Assembly: GCA_965250285.1 (NCBI GenBank)
Contig: OZ252299.1
Coordinates: forward strand, 4,704,001-4,768,000
Length of the DNA stretch: 64,000 bases
Source: Myxococcota bacterium
GTDB lineage: Bacteria; Myxococcota_A; UBA9160; UBA4427
Direction of reading: 5' to 3'
In this document: piece after piece, positions 28,320-40,748 of the stretch
Layout: each line of letters starts with the position of its first letter
Position numbering within the stretch: the stretch's first letter is position 1
Made by a program: the position numbers and the translations under genes
Notes under the pieces: generated by a model
Told to the model about the DNA's origin: nothing
The model's database searches: none
The model's input: only the letters and a program-made list of their open reading frames with translations

Positions 28320-29411
28320 ATGTCGGGCAGCACATTCGGAAAAGCGTTTCAGATCAGCACCTTCGGCGAGAGCCACGGGGGCGGCGTGGGCGTCATCGTC
28401 GACGGCTGCCCGCCGCGCCTCGAGATCGATCTCGCCGAGATCCAGCGCGATCTCGATCGTCGCAAGCCGGGCCAGAGCCGTCTCACCACGCCCCGCCAGG
28501 AGGCCGACACGGCCGAGATCCTGAGCGGCGTGTTCGAGGGTCAGACGCTCGGCACCTCGATCGGCATGCTGGTGCGCAACAAGGACGCGCGACCCTCGGC
28601 CTACGACCACATGCGCGAGCTCTACAGGCCGAGCCACGCCGACTACACGACCGAGGCCAAGTACGGCGTGCGCAACTGGCAGGGCGGCGGCCGGGCCAGC
28701 GCACGCGAGACGATCGGCCGCGTCGCGGCCGGCGCGATCGCCCGCAAGCTGCTTCACGTCGCGTGCGGGGTCGAAGTCGTGAGCTGGGTCTCGCGGGTGC
28801 AGGAGATCGACTCGAAGGTCGATGGCGAGCGCGTCACCGCCGAGCAGGTCGATTCGAACATCATCCGCTGCCCCGACCCCGAGGCGGCCGAGCGCATGAT
28901 CGAGCGCGTCGACGAAGTGCGCCGAGCGGGCGACAGCGTCGGCGGCGTGGTCAGCTGCGTCGCACGCGGTGTGCCGCCGGGGCTCGGCGTACCGGTCTTC
29001 GACAAGCTCGAAGCCGACCTCGCAAGCGCCCTCATGTCGCTGCCCGCGAGCAAGGGCTTCGAAGTGGGGAGCGGTTTCGAGGGCACCCTGCTCCGCGGCA
29101 GTGAGCACAACGACGCCTTCGTCCCCGGTGACGACGGGCGACCACACACGCCGACGAACCGCAGCGGTGGCATCCAGGGCGGCATCAGCAACGGCGAGAC
29201 GATCACGCTGCGCGTCGCGTTCAAGCCGACCGCGACGATCTCGGTCGCCCAGGACACGGTCGATCGAAACAACGAAGCCGTATCGCTCGAGGCCCAGGGC
29301 AGACACGACCCGTGCGTGCTGCCGCGCGCGGTGCCGATGGTCGAGGCGATGGTCTGCCTGGTGCTCGCCGACCACTGGCTGCGCCAGCGCTCGGTGGACG
29401 TGCTCGACTGA
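28320..29411 (+). CDS. aroC: Chorismate synthase
   Basis: [39 protein letters not shown]. Confidence 0.97.
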   Translation: MSGSTFGKAFQISTFGESHGGGVGVIVDGCPPRLEIDLAEIQRDLDRRKPGQSRLTTPRQEADTAEILSGVFEGQTLGTSIGMLVRNKDARPSAYDHMRELYRPSHADYTTEAKYGVRNWQGGGRASARETIGRVAAGAIARKLLHVACGVEVVSWVSRVQEIDSKVDGERVTAEQVDSNIIRCPDPEAAERMIERVDEVRRAGDSVGGVVSCVARGVPPGLGVPVFDKLEADLASALMSLPASKGFEVGSGFEGTLLRGSEHNDAFVPGDDGRPHTPTNRSGGIQGGISNGETITLRVAFKPTATISVAQDTVDRNNEAVSLEAQGRHDPCVLPRAVPMVEAMVCLVLADHWLRQRSVDVLD

Positions 29412-29448
29412 AACGCAGCGCCAGGGGTCTGCGCGCCCGTCTTCGCTG

Positions 29449-30900
29449 CTACGCCGTGTCGATCAGCTCGAAATCCGAGAACCGTGGCGTCCGCATGACC
29501 TGGTGGAACCGGCTGGCAGACCACGGCCACAGCGTCGGCGTGCCCTGTGCATCGAGATACCAGCTATTGCAGCCGGTCACCCAGACGGTGCCCTTCATGG
29601 CTTCGCGCAGCTCCTGCTGAAAGGCGTCGGCCGCCTCGCGCTTCGGGCTGAGCGCCTTGCCCTGCGACTGCTCGAGCTTGCGAATGCAGCTCATGATGTA
29701 GCCGGTCTGGCACTCGGATACATCGATGATCGAGATGTTCCCGATCGGACTGTTCGGACCGACGAGCATGAAGTAGTTCGGGAAGCCCGGCATCGTGACC
29801 GACCGGTAGGTCCGCGGCCCTTCGGCGCAGGCCTCCTTGATGCTCGTGCCCCCTTCGCCGATGACATTCGAGATGCCCCACTCGAAGGGGCGAAACCCGG
29901 TTGCGAGCACGAGCACGTCGAGTTCGTGGAGGGTGCCGTCTTCGGTCACGACACCGCGGGGCTCGACCCGGTCGATCTTCTCAGTGACGAGATCGACGTG
30001 GTCCTTCTGCAGCGTCGGGTAGAACTCGGCCGACAGGATCAGCCGCTTGCACCCGGGCTCGTAGTCAGGCGTCAGCTTGCGGCGCAGCTCGGCGTCTTCG
30101 ATGCCGGCCAGATGATCGCGACAACCCTGCTGCATCTGCCGGCGCCAGTAGCCGTCTTCGGTCACACCGACCGAAGCGAGGTTGAAGATCGTCTCGTAGA
30201 CCTTGCGTGTCGCCCAGCCGAGGATCGGCAGACGGCGCGTCCAGCGACGCTCGGCGTCGGTGTAGCGCTTGTTGCCGATCGGGAAGATCCACTGCGGCGT
30301 GCGTTGGAACATCGTGAGGTGCCCCGCCGCCTCCGAGAGCGGCTTCATCATCTGCACGCCGGTCGAGCCGTTGCCGATGACACCGATCCGCTGGCCTTCG
30401 AGCGGCACCTCGTCGTCCCAATCGGCCGAGTGGAAGCACGCGCCTCCGAACTGATCGAGACCGGGAATGTCGGGGACGTTGCGAACGTGGAGCGGACCGG
30501 TCGCATCGACGAGCACGTCGGCGCGCAGGCGCTCGCCCTGGCTGGTCTCGATCGTCCAGCCCCCACCTTCGAACACGGCGTTCGTCACCGCTTCGTCGAA
30601 TCGGATGTGCTCGAGCAGGTCGTACTTCTCGGCGACGCGCTCGAAGTACGCTCGAATCTCGGGCCCGGGCGAGAAGCGGTGCGTCCAGTCGGGGTTCGGC
30701 TCGAAGCTGTAGCAATAGAAGAAGGAGGGGACGTCACAGCTGAGGCCGGGGTAGCGGTTCTCACGCCACGTGCCGCCGACCGAGCTCGCCTTCTCGAGGA
30801 TCGTGAACGGCAGCCCGGCCTTCTGTAGCCGGATCCCCATCAGCAGCCCCGACATACCCGCTCCGATGATGCAGGTCTGGATCGGCTCGCTCGTCGCCAT
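29449..30900 (-). CDS. Baeyer-Villiger-type flavin monooxygenase
   Basis: GAGMSG, GGTWRENRYPGLSCD, FGGACFHSADWD, GNGSTG, ATGF. Confidence 0.93.
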   Translation of the reverse strand: MATSEPIQTCIIGAGMSGLLMGIRLQKAGLPFTILEKASSVGGTWRENRYPGLSCDVPSFFYCYSFEPNPDWTHRFSPGPEIRAYFERVAEKYDLLEHIRFDEAVTNAVFEGGGWTIETSQGERLRADVLVDATGPLHVRNVPDIPGLDQFGGACFHSADWDDEVPLEGQRIGVIGNGSTGVQMMKPLSEAAGHLTMFQRTPQWIFPIGNKRYTDAERRWTRRLPILGWATRKVYETIFNLASVGVTEDGYWRRQMQQGCRDHLAGIEDAELRRKLTPDYEPGCKRLILSAEFYPTLQKDHVDLVTEKIDRVEPRGVVTEDGTLHELDVLVLATGFRPFEWGISNVIGEGGTSIKEACAEGPRTYRSVTMPGFPNYFMLVGPNSPIGNISIIDVSECQTGYIMSCIRKLEQSQGKALSPKREAADAFQQELREAMKGTVWVTGCNSWYLDAQGTPTLWPWSASRFHQVMRTPRFSDFELIDTA

Positions 30901-31034
30901 GGCTTCGCCTCCGCTCGGTCGCGTCAGTCTAGCCGCCCCGAGGCCAGCCCCTCGATCGACCGGAGGGCAAGCTCGGACCGGGCCGCCCTCGCTGCTGTAG
31001 CGTCGGGGGGCGGGGCGGCCCGAGGAGGCGAGCC

Positions 31035-33032
31035 ATGACGCGGAACCGAGAAGGGATCTGGGCGCTCTCGGCCCTGGCGGCGATCGCCGGGTGGGCAGGG
31101 GGCTGCTCACCCGCGCCGCTGCCGCAGCCCGATCGACCGACGATCGCCGTGAGCGAGTGGATCGACTACGGCGGCGATCGCGGCGGGCAGCGCTTCGCCG
31201 AGCTCGACCTGATCACGCCCGACAACGTCGGCGAGCTGCGACCCGCCTGGACCTGGCGCTACGGCGACTCGTCCGGGCGCGGGATCGACACGCCGAGCGA
31301 GATCGCCTTCGAGGCGACACCGATCCTCGCCGAAGACACCCTCTATCTGTGCACACCCCACAACCACATCGTCGCCCTCGACCCGGCGACCGGCGCCGAA
31401 CTCTGGCGACACGATCCGAAGATCGACCTGTCGGGCCGCTACGCGAACCAGCTGGTGTGCCGCGGGGTGACGCATTGGCGCGGGAACGGGGACGACGACG
31501 CGCTCTGTCAGCGCACGATCTTCAGCGCAACGAACGATGCCCGGCTCGTCGCGGTGGACGCAGTGACGGGGGCGCCGTGCGTCGACTTCGGAGTCGATGG
31601 CGAGATCGACCTCAACCGGGGCGCAGGCCAACAGCGCTGGCAGGGCGAATATCAAGTAACGTCACCACCCGCCGTGGTGGGCGACCTCGTCGTCGTCGGC
31701 TCGGCGGTGAGCGACAACGGCCGAGTGAACGCGCCGAGCGGGGTCGTGCGCGCCTTCGACGCGCGCAGCGGCGCGCTGCGCTGGGCGTGGGACCTCGCAC
31801 CGCCCGGCTTCGATGCAGACACCGACCTCGTGAGCGATGAAGGCTACGCGCTCGGCACACCGAACGTGTGGGCGCCGATGTCGGTCGATGCCGAGCGGGG
31901 CCTCGTCTTCGTGCCGACCGGCAACGCTTCGCCCGACTACTACAGCGGCGACCGTGCCTACATGGATCACTACGGCAGCTCGGTGGTCGCGCTGCGAGGC
32001 GAGACCGGCGAGGTCGTCTGGAACTTCCAGACCGTGCACAACGACCTCTGGGATTTCGATGTCCCCGCCCAGCCGACCTTGACGACGATCGAGATCGACG
32101 GGGTCGCGCGCGACGTCGTCGTGCAGGCCACGAAGATGGGGCTGCTCTTCGTGCTCGATCGCGAGACCGGTGAGCCGGTGCGGCCGGTCGAAGAGCGCGC
32201 CGTCCCCACCGCCGGTGCCGTCGCGGGCGAAGTCGTCTCGCCGACCCAGCCCTTCCCCGCGATCCCGATCCTGGTGCGCAACACGCTGTCGTCCGACGAT
32301 GCCTGGGGCGTGACGCCCTGGGATCGAGGCGCCTGTCGCGACCGGATCGAGGCGCTTCGCTTCGATGGCATGTACACACCGCCATCGCTCGAAGGCACCG
32401 TGATGTACCCGGGCAACGCCGGCGGTACGAACTGGGGCGGCATCGCCGTCGACCCCGCGCGCCAGGTCGCGTACGTGCGAAGCAGCGACCTGCCCTGGGT
32501 CGTGACGATGATTCCGCGCGCCGACTTCGCCGCCGAACGCGACCTGCACCGCGGCCACGAACACGGGCCCCAGCTCGGTACGCCCTTCGGCATGCGCCGC
32601 GAGATGCTCGTCTCGCCGATCGGCCTGCCGTGTGTGCCGCCACCGTGGGGCACGCTCAGCGCCGTCGACCTGAAGAACGCGCGCATCCTGTGGCAGGTGC
32701 CCCATGGCAGCGTGCGAGATCTCGCGCCCGTACCGCTGCCGCTCGAGTGGGGCGTGCCCGGGGTGGGTGGACCGATGACGACGGCCAGCGGGGTCACGTT
32801 CATCGGCGGCGCCCTCGACGACGACCTGCGCGCATACGACGGGGCGACGGGCGAGCTGCTGTGGCAACACCGCTTGCCCGGCGGACCGCAGGCGACCCCG
32901 ATGAGCTACCGCGTCGACTTCGAAGGCGGTGCCGCGCGGCAGTACGTCGTCGTTGCCGCGGGCGGGCACGCGCGCGCGGGCACCACCCTCGGCGACAGCC
33001 TCGTCGCCTTTGCACTGGAATCGGGCTCGTAG
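31035..33032 (+). CDS. PQQ-dependent dehydrogenase (glucose/quinate-shikimate type), probable lipoprotein
   Basis: Lipobox-like WAGGC; FEATP, CRGV, PTGNASPDYY, HNDLWDFDVPAQP, GGTNWGG, PPWG, QATPMSY. Confidence 0.92.
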   Translation: MTRNREGIWALSALAAIAGWAGGCSPAPLPQPDRPTIAVSEWIDYGGDRGGQRFAELDLITPDNVGELRPAWTWRYGDSSGRGIDTPSEIAFEATPILAEDTLYLCTPHNHIVALDPATGAELWRHDPKIDLSGRYANQLVCRGVTHWRGNGDDDALCQRTIFSATNDARLVAVDAVTGAPCVDFGVDGEIDLNRGAGQQRWQGEYQVTSPPAVVGDLVVVGSAVSDNGRVNAPSGVVRAFDARSGALRWAWDLAPPGFDADTDLVSDEGYALGTPNVWAPMSVDAERGLVFVPTGNASPDYYSGDRAYMDHYGSSVVALRGETGEVVWNFQTVHNDLWDFDVPAQPTLTTIEIDGVARDVVVQATKMGLLFVLDRETGEPVRPVEERAVPTAGAVAGEVVSPTQPFPAIPILVRNTLSSDDAWGVTPWDRGACRDRIEALRFDGMYTPPSLEGTVMYPGNAGGTNWGGIAVDPARQVAYVRSSDLPWVVTMIPRADFAAERDLHRGHEHGPQLGTPFGMRREMLVSPIGLPCVPPPWGTLSAVDLKNARILWQVPHGSVRDLAPVPLPLEWGVPGVGGPMTTASGVTFIGGALDDDLRAYDGATGELLWQHRLPGGPQATPMSYRVDFEGGAARQYVVVAAGGHARAGTTLGDSLVAFALESGS

Positions 33033-33067
33033 CGGATCCACCCTGCGAGACCCGCGAGCCGAGGAGA

Positions 33068-33616
33068 ATGAGCGCCATGCAAGACGACCTCGCTCACGAG
33101 CTGGCCGACCTGCGGCGGCGGGTCCGGCGCGGTGAGGCGGCCGAAGACGGGCGCCTCTGCTTCAACGAATATCTGTACTGCCTCGATGCCGGACACGTCG
33201 GTGAGCTGGTGGACCTGTTCGCCGACGACGCGCGGCTCGACGTGATGAACTTTCCGCCCGGGTCGGGGCACGACCTGCAGTACACGACACGCGACGACAT
33301 TCGCGCGCTCTACGAGCGATTCGCCGGCGAAGGCGCCCGACACCACGCCGCCAACGTCTCGATCGTCGTCGACGAAGCGGGCGACCGAAGCGAGCTCAGC
33401 GCCTACTTCCACACCGTCGTCGAGCATGCGCTCACGGGCGGCATCTACGAGCTCAGCCTCGAGCGTCGCGGCGACGCGTGGAAGATCGTGACGATGCGCA
33501 TCTCGAGCACCTGGGGCTGGGGCGTGGCGCACAGCGACCCCCCGTTCCTCAGCGAGCGATTCGCGGCGGGCACGCTGCGCGAGGGCCGACCGCCGCGCCG
33601 CGACGACGTTTCGTAG
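33068..33616 (+). CDS. SnoaL/NTF2-like protein
   Basis: YCLDAG..LVDLFADDA, RHHAANV, WKI; GAGGAG RBS. Confidence 0.8.
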   Translation: MSAMQDDLAHELADLRRRVRRGEAAEDGRLCFNEYLYCLDAGHVGELVDLFADDARLDVMNFPPGSGHDLQYTTRDDIRALYERFAGEGARHHAANVSIVVDEAGDRSELSAYFHTVVEHALTGGIYELSLERRGDAWKIVTMRISSTWGWGVAHSDPPFLSERFAAGTLREGRPPRRDDVS

Positions 33617-33629
33617 CCGCAGGCGCTAG

Positions 33630-33942
33630 GGATGCTCTGCAGAACTCGCTCCCCGCATGCGAGAACAGCTCTGGGTGCCGAACTCGATGGCTGACCAGCA
33701 GACGTTCGCGGGCGAGGCTTGGAAGCGGAAGAGCAGGGTGACGCGCCGCGACCGCTTCCTGGCCGAGCTGGATGCGCTGTGACCGAAGCGTCCCGAGGCC
33801 GGGGCAGGCGGGGGTACCGCGCGCAGTTCGCAGGCGCGACGGGCGCGACATACGAGCTCCCCTGACGGGTCGCGCCGAGAATGTCTGAGCACGGTGACCC
33901 CGCCTGCCCCGGCCCTGGCACGGCGGACTGGGCAGAGGTTCC
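33630..33942 (+). mobile_element. Internally deleted IS5-family element (MITE-like, 313 bp)
   Basis: Imperfect terminal IRs GGATGCTCTGCAG / reverse complement GGAACCTCTGCCC; CTAG on both flanks (33626-29, 33943-46); transposase N-terminal remnant inside. Confidence 0.85.
33687..33782 (+). pseudogene. IS5 transposase N-terminal remnant
   Basis: MADQQTFAGEAWKRKSRVTRRDRFLAELDAL* resembles the IS5-subgroup start Q.TF....K.K.TRR..FL.EM. Confidence 0.85.
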
Positions 33943-36102
33943 CTAGCTCTCGCGGCCGGCGCGGCGCAGCTCTTCGGTGATGTCCTGGATGCGGCGCCCG
34001 TGCCGCGCATGCGGGCCCGCCGCGGGCAGCCTCGGCCGCAGCTCGCGCCAGAGTGGAGCCGGCAGCGCAGCCTCGAGATACTCGTGCGCGGTACCGCGCA
34101 GCCCCGGGTCGTCGCTGTAGAGGCCACCCAGCGACGATGCGATCAGCTCGCCGTCGAAAGCGAGACCGAGCACGCAGAAGACGTGCTCGACGTTGCGCGG
34201 CACCCGGCGAGGCAGGCCGCGCGCGACCGGACCGGTCCCCGAATCTTCGACGGAACGGGTGCGCGCCCGGTGCTCCCAGGTGCGTGGGTCGACCGCCAGC
34301 TCACGCTGCACCGCCTCGCACACCGGTTCGGCGGGCTGGCGCAGCTCGGGACGTCGCGCGATGCACTCGAAGGCCGCGCGCGCACACGCCACTCGCACGT
34401 CGAAGTCGTCGTCCCCGAGACCCTCGAGGCACGCCACGACGGCCCGTCGGTCGCCGACCTGCCCGAGCACGCGCGGCAGGTGACGACGCACCATCGTGGG
34501 TGAACGTGCGTCGAGCAGTGCATCGGCCAGCTGACCGACGTGCGCGGGCGCGATCTCGGCGAGCCAGGCCTCGGCGTCCTCGAGCAGCGCGAAGCGCTCG
34601 AGCAACGGCACGACCCAGGCGATCAAGCGCGCGTCGACGCCCTCTGCGAGGGTCGCCCTCACCTCTTCGTCGGCGCCCGACGCGAGCCGCCGGGCGCGTT
34701 CGACGACCGCATCGAGCGTCGCTCCGTCTTCGGCCTCGGCGCCGCGCCCTTCGCGGCGCTCGATCTCCCGGATGCGCGCGGCGAGTTCGGCCCGGTCGAT
34801 CGAGACGTTGTCGGCGTAGGTGCGCTCGGTGACCGCGTCGTGCAGCTCCTCGGCTTCGAGGGTCAGCACGCCGGTGCGCAGACTGCGACCGAGCGCCGCG
34901 ACGTAGCCGCGGTGGATCCCGACCAGCAGCGCGAGGCAGACGAGGGCCGCGGCCGCCGCCATCCAGAGGAATCCCGATTGGGGCATGGCCGGGAAGAGCG
35001 CGAGCACGACCACGATCAAGCCGCCGACGATCATCTCGCCCACGCGTTGACCGCCGACGTCGACGAACGCCTTGGCCGGCCGCTTCGTGGCCGGATCGAG
35101 CGGCGTGTAGAGCAGCTCGAAGCCGGCGCGGAAGAACGAGCCCATCAACACCGACGCGCTGCCCGCGGCGGCCGCCGCCGTCGCAAGTCGCGTCACGAGC
35201 GCACCCGCGATGCTCGTCAGCAGCACCCCGATCGGCAGCGTCGCCATCGACCCCGAGAGCCCCAGGCGACGCAGGACGACGGGCCCGATCGTCGACTGCA
35301 GAACGAAGGCACCCACGCCGACGCCCGTATAGAAGATCGAGAAGAAGCGCACGAGGGCCTCGCGATCGGGGTAGCGCGCGGCCGCCTCGGCCTTGAGTAC
35401 GTAGTCGACGGCCGACTCCATCACGGCGATGAGCACCACGAAGAGCGCCATCTGCCGAAGCAGCGGCGTGCGGCGCACGATGCGCAGACCGGCGAGGGCA
35501 CCGCCCGGCGTTTCCTCTTCGGCCGGACGCACACCGCCGGCACCGATGCGGTTCACCACCAGCGCCGCCACGCCGTGCAGCATCGTCAGCGTCAGCAGGA
35601 GCGCGGGCAACCCGAGCCACGTCGACAGCCGCTCGGCGAGCACGCCGCCCACGACTCCACCGAGCGCGGCCCATCCGCCGGCGCGGGCGACGACGGTCTT
35701 GCCGGTGTACGGGTCGAAGCGCTCGTTCACCACCGACCAGAACCCGCTCACCAGCACCGCGCCGAGACCCGAGAAGTGCAGATACACCAGCACTGCGACG
35801 ACGCGCGGGGCGCGATCGAGCAGCCACCACTCGGCGAAGAAGAGCGCGGCGCTCGCGAGGAACACGCTCGGCACGAGTCGATGGGGCGCCCACCGCGCGA
35901 GCAGACGCGCAAAGCCCATCGTGACGGCGAGGGACGCGGCCGCCGCCACGATCATCGCGCGCGGGAGCAACGTCACATCGAACTCGGAGAGGAAGAGCGC
36001 ATCGCGCGTCGCCTTCGCGACGATGTGCGCCGACAGGATCAGCAGCGCCGAGACGAACGCGAAGATCGGCGCCGAGTCGGGTGTGCGGGCGGGGGCGGCC
36101 AT
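33943..36102 (-). CDS. NTT/TLC-like MFS nucleotide-transporter domain fused to HEAT repeats
   Basis: KATRDALFL, FWSVVNERFD, ELLYTPL..KRPAKAFVD; ~12 TM segments then alpha-solenoid repeats. Confidence 0.8.
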   Translation of the reverse strand: MAAPARTPDSAPIFAFVSALLILSAHIVAKATRDALFLSEFDVTLLPRAMIVAAAASLAVTMGFARLLARWAPHRLVPSVFLASAALFFAEWWLLDRAPRVVAVLVYLHFSGLGAVLVSGFWSVVNERFDPYTGKTVVARAGGWAALGGVVGGVLAERLSTWLGLPALLLTLTMLHGVAALVVNRIGAGGVRPAEEETPGGALAGLRIVRRTPLLRQMALFVVLIAVMESAVDYVLKAEAAARYPDREALVRFFSIFYTGVGVGAFVLQSTIGPVVLRRLGLSGSMATLPIGVLLTSIAGALVTRLATAAAAAGSASVLMGSFFRAGFELLYTPLDPATKRPAKAFVDVGGQRVGEMIVGGLIVVVLALFPAMPQSGFLWMAAAAALVCLALLVGIHRGYVAALGRSLRTGVLTLEAEELHDAVTERTYADNVSIDRAELAARIREIERREGRGAEAEDGATLDAVVERARRLASGADEEVRATLAEGVDARLIAWVVPLLERFALLEDAEAWLAEIAPAHVGQLADALLDARSPTMVRRHLPRVLGQVGDRRAVVACLEGLGDDDFDVRVACARAAFECIARRPELRQPAEPVCEAVQRELAVDPRTWEHRARTRSVEDSGTGPVARGLPRRVPRNVEHVFCVLGLAFDGELIASSLGGLYSDDPGLRGTAHEYLEAALPAPLWRELRPRLPAAGPHARHGRRIQDITEELRRAGRES

Positions 36103-36117
36103 GGGACGAGCTCGGCT

Positions 36118-38196
<2,079 letters not shown>

Positions 38197-38303
38197 CGCG
38201 CCCTCCGCGCCGGATTGTACCTGCGATGGGCGGAGGCGAGTGCGGGCGATGCACAACGACGCTCCGGACCACTTGGATGCCGCTGGGCCAGTCGAAGACG
38301 GCC

Positions 38304-38358
38304 GGATCGAAGGGGCGCCCTGCCCATGCACCTGGCCTGGATCGAAGGGGCGCCCTGC
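38304..38358. repeat. 20-bp direct repeat in a divergent promoter region
   Basis: GGATCGAAGGGGCGCCCTGC at 38304 and 38339. Confidence 0.85.
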
Positions 38359-38457
38359 GCGCGAGCGCCTATTCTGGATCGACGAACTTGCCCCGGTCAC
38401 GGCGCCCACCGCGGCGAACGGGGCCCCGACCGAGGCCGCCCTCGAGGAGATGCGAGC

Positions 38458-39204
38458 ATGTTCGATCTGACGGGCCGACGCGCCCTCGTGACGGGGTCGG
38501 GGCGGGGTGTCGGCGAGGGCATTGCGCGCTCGCTGGCCGATGCGGGGGCGGTCGTCGCCATCAACGACCTGGTCGCCGACCGCGCGGCGGCCGTCGCCGA
38601 CTCGATTCAGGCGGGCGGCGGCGCAGCGCGGGTTTCGGCCTTCGACGTCGGTGACTACGACGCGGTGGTGGCGGGCATCGCGGCGTTCGAGGCCGACGTG
38701 GGCGGTCTCGACATCCTCGTGAACAACGCCGGGATCCCCGAGTCGATGGGCGTCCAGCCGTTTCGCGAGACCGAGCCCGCAGCGTGGCGACCGTACATCG
38801 ACGTCAATCTCTTCGGTGTGATGAACTGCTCGCGCGCCGTCATCAACGGCATGTGCGAGCGTGGACACGGCCGCATCGTGACGATCTCGTCGGGCGCCGG
38901 CACGACGGGCCTCAACCTCGGTGTCTCGCCATACGCCGCCGGCAAGGGGGGTGGCATCAGCTTCATGCGGCACCTGGCCCTCGAGTCGGCCGGTCAAGGC
39001 GTCACGGCCAACAGTCTCGCCATCGGCATGATCGACAATCATCTCGACCCGAAGATCACAGAACACCTGACGCGCCAGATCCCGGTCGGGCGGCTCGGCC
39101 AGCCCGCCGACATCGCGGCGCTGTGTCTCTATCTGGTCTCGGACGAGGCCGCTTGGATGACGGGCCAGACGCTCGAGCTGAACGGCGGCAGCGTCACGAC
39201 CTGA
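38458..39204 (+). CDS. SDR oxidoreductase (FabG-like)
   Basis: TGSGRGVG, NNAG, YAAGK, IPVGRLG; GAGGAG RBS. Confidence 0.92.
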   Translation: MFDLTGRRALVTGSGRGVGEGIARSLADAGAVVAINDLVADRAAAVADSIQAGGGAARVSAFDVGDYDAVVAGIAAFEADVGGLDILVNNAGIPESMGVQPFRETEPAAWRPYIDVNLFGVMNCSRAVINGMCERGHGRIVTISSGAGTTGLNLGVSPYAAGKGGGISFMRHLALESAGQGVTANSLAIGMIDNHLDPKITEHLTRQIPVGRLGQPADIAALCLYLVSDEAAWMTGQTLELNGGSVTT

Positions 39205-39393
39205 GAACCGTCGGCGCGGAGTCGGGCGATTCGACTCGCGCGACTAGGGTCTATCCCCGAGCCGGACGGCCGGGGTGCACATTTCTGCACCCGCTTCAGG
39301 CAGTGCGGCACCGGCTTCCCTTTGGATTTGCACGAGATCGGTCGATACGAGTCGAGGCGCTTCGGCGCCGACCGATGGAGTGCTTCGACCCCG

Positions 39394-40167
39394 ATGGACC
39401 AGGCCCGACCGCTGTATCTCCCGAGCACGATGTTGCGCACGAGCTACGAGCGCGCGCGCAGCGTCGATCACGCGCAGCAGATTCAGGAATGCGCCGACTT
39501 GCTCACGCACCCCGAGCTGATCGCGAGCGAGCTGCTCGATGCCTATGCGGTGATCGAGAGCTTTGGCGAGTCGGAGCTCGACCTGGTGTGCAACCTCGAG
39601 CGTCGCGACCCCAACGAAGAGTCTCAGGAGCTCGTGCTCGACCACTTCTACGAGGGGCAGGAAGTCACGGTCGCGTGCACGTCCGACTGCGACTTCGAGT
39701 TTCGATGTCTCGCGACCGACGTTCGACCCGTGCCTCAGCTGCAACGCAGCGGCGAGAGCGTGCGCGACGGCTTCGACTACATCGCCGAGCCTCTCGAGGC
39801 GGGTGAGCGCCCGATCCTCGGCGTCGCGCAGACGTTCGACGACAGCTCGGCCTACCCTCTCCTGCTGCGCCTGCTGTGTGCGCTGACCGAGCTCGCCCCG
39901 GCCCAGCAGCTGAACGTGATCAACACCGACCGTCTCAAGGGAGCGCTCCAGGCGGATGTGCGGTTCGACCTGCACATGGTGCTCTGGGACGACGGCGAGA
40001 CCCCCGACTCGGCGACGACGCTGTGCGAGCTGGCACGCGACCTGGCCGAGGCGTCGCGCCGCGGCATCGACGGCACGCCGCTCGCCGATCGCATCGGTCA
40101 GATCCACTGTCTGCGCATGGACCCGGGCGACTTCCAGGGCGAGCTCGAAGAGATGTGGCGCATCTGA
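39394..40167 (+). CDS. Hypothetical acidic protein
   Basis: Typical codon bias and fills the gap between genes; start at 39394 (ORF open from 39322). Confidence 0.7.
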   Translation: MDQARPLYLPSTMLRTSYERARSVDHAQQIQECADLLTHPELIASELLDAYAVIESFGESELDLVCNLERRDPNEESQELVLDHFYEGQEVTVACTSDCDFEFRCLATDVRPVPQLQRSGESVRDGFDYIAEPLEAGERPILGVAQTFDDSSAYPLLLRLLCALTELAPAQQLNVINTDRLKGALQADVRFDLHMVLWDDGETPDSATTLCELARDLAEASRRGIDGTPLADRIGQIHCLRMDPGDFQGELEEMWRI

Positions 40168-40180
40168 GCAGCGCAGAGAC

Positions 40181-40636
40181 TCAGTGGTAGCAGCGCGACT
40201 CACCGACCGGCACGCCCGGATCGGCCTCGTTCTCGACGACGATCGTGAAGCTGACCCGCTCGTTGAAGCCGACGCGGGCAACCGTCTCGATCGGCCGGAT
40301 CACGTAGCGCGCACCGGCAAGCGATTCGAACATCGCGACGCATCGCACCTGCACCTTGAACCTCGTCGTGACGTACGAGCCGTCGATGTCGGTCATGTAC
40401 CTGAGGCGCACGCGCACCTTGTGATCCCCGGGCAATACCTCGGCTGCGCGTCCGCTGAGCTCCTTGCGATCGATCTCGATGAACTTGAGCGTGGCCCGAT
40501 CGTTGTCGAGTGAGATCACGGAGATCTCTTCGGGCGGACGGGTGGGGCCGTCGTAGAAGCGGGTCTGGACGCACCCCACCATCAACGAGAGAGAGACGAG
40601 TACGCACACACCGAGTCGTGCCGGCCACCCCTGCAT
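40181..40636 (-). CDS. Putative lipoprotein
   Basis: Lipobox LMVGC followed by FYDGPTRPPEE. Confidence 0.7.
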   Translation of the reverse strand: MQGWPARLGVCVLVSLSLMVGCVQTRFYDGPTRPPEEISVISLDNDRATLKFIEIDRKELSGRAAEVLPGDHKVRVRLRYMTDIDGSYVTTRFKVQVRCVAMFESLAGARYVIRPIETVARVGFNERVSFTIVVENEADPGVPVGESRCYH

Positions 40637-40748
40637 GCATCTTCGTGTATCACCCGCGGCTCGCGCTGTCACGCAGTCGAGAAGAGCCCGACACACCGGT
40701 CACGAGCGACACGTACGGGTCGACGCATCCGACCGCTCCGTTCCGAGC

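Noticed and set aside
20546..33616. Secondary-metabolite biosynthetic cluster
   Set aside because: No PKS, NRPS, RiPP or terpene core; enzymes are mixed with housekeeping genes in varying orientations
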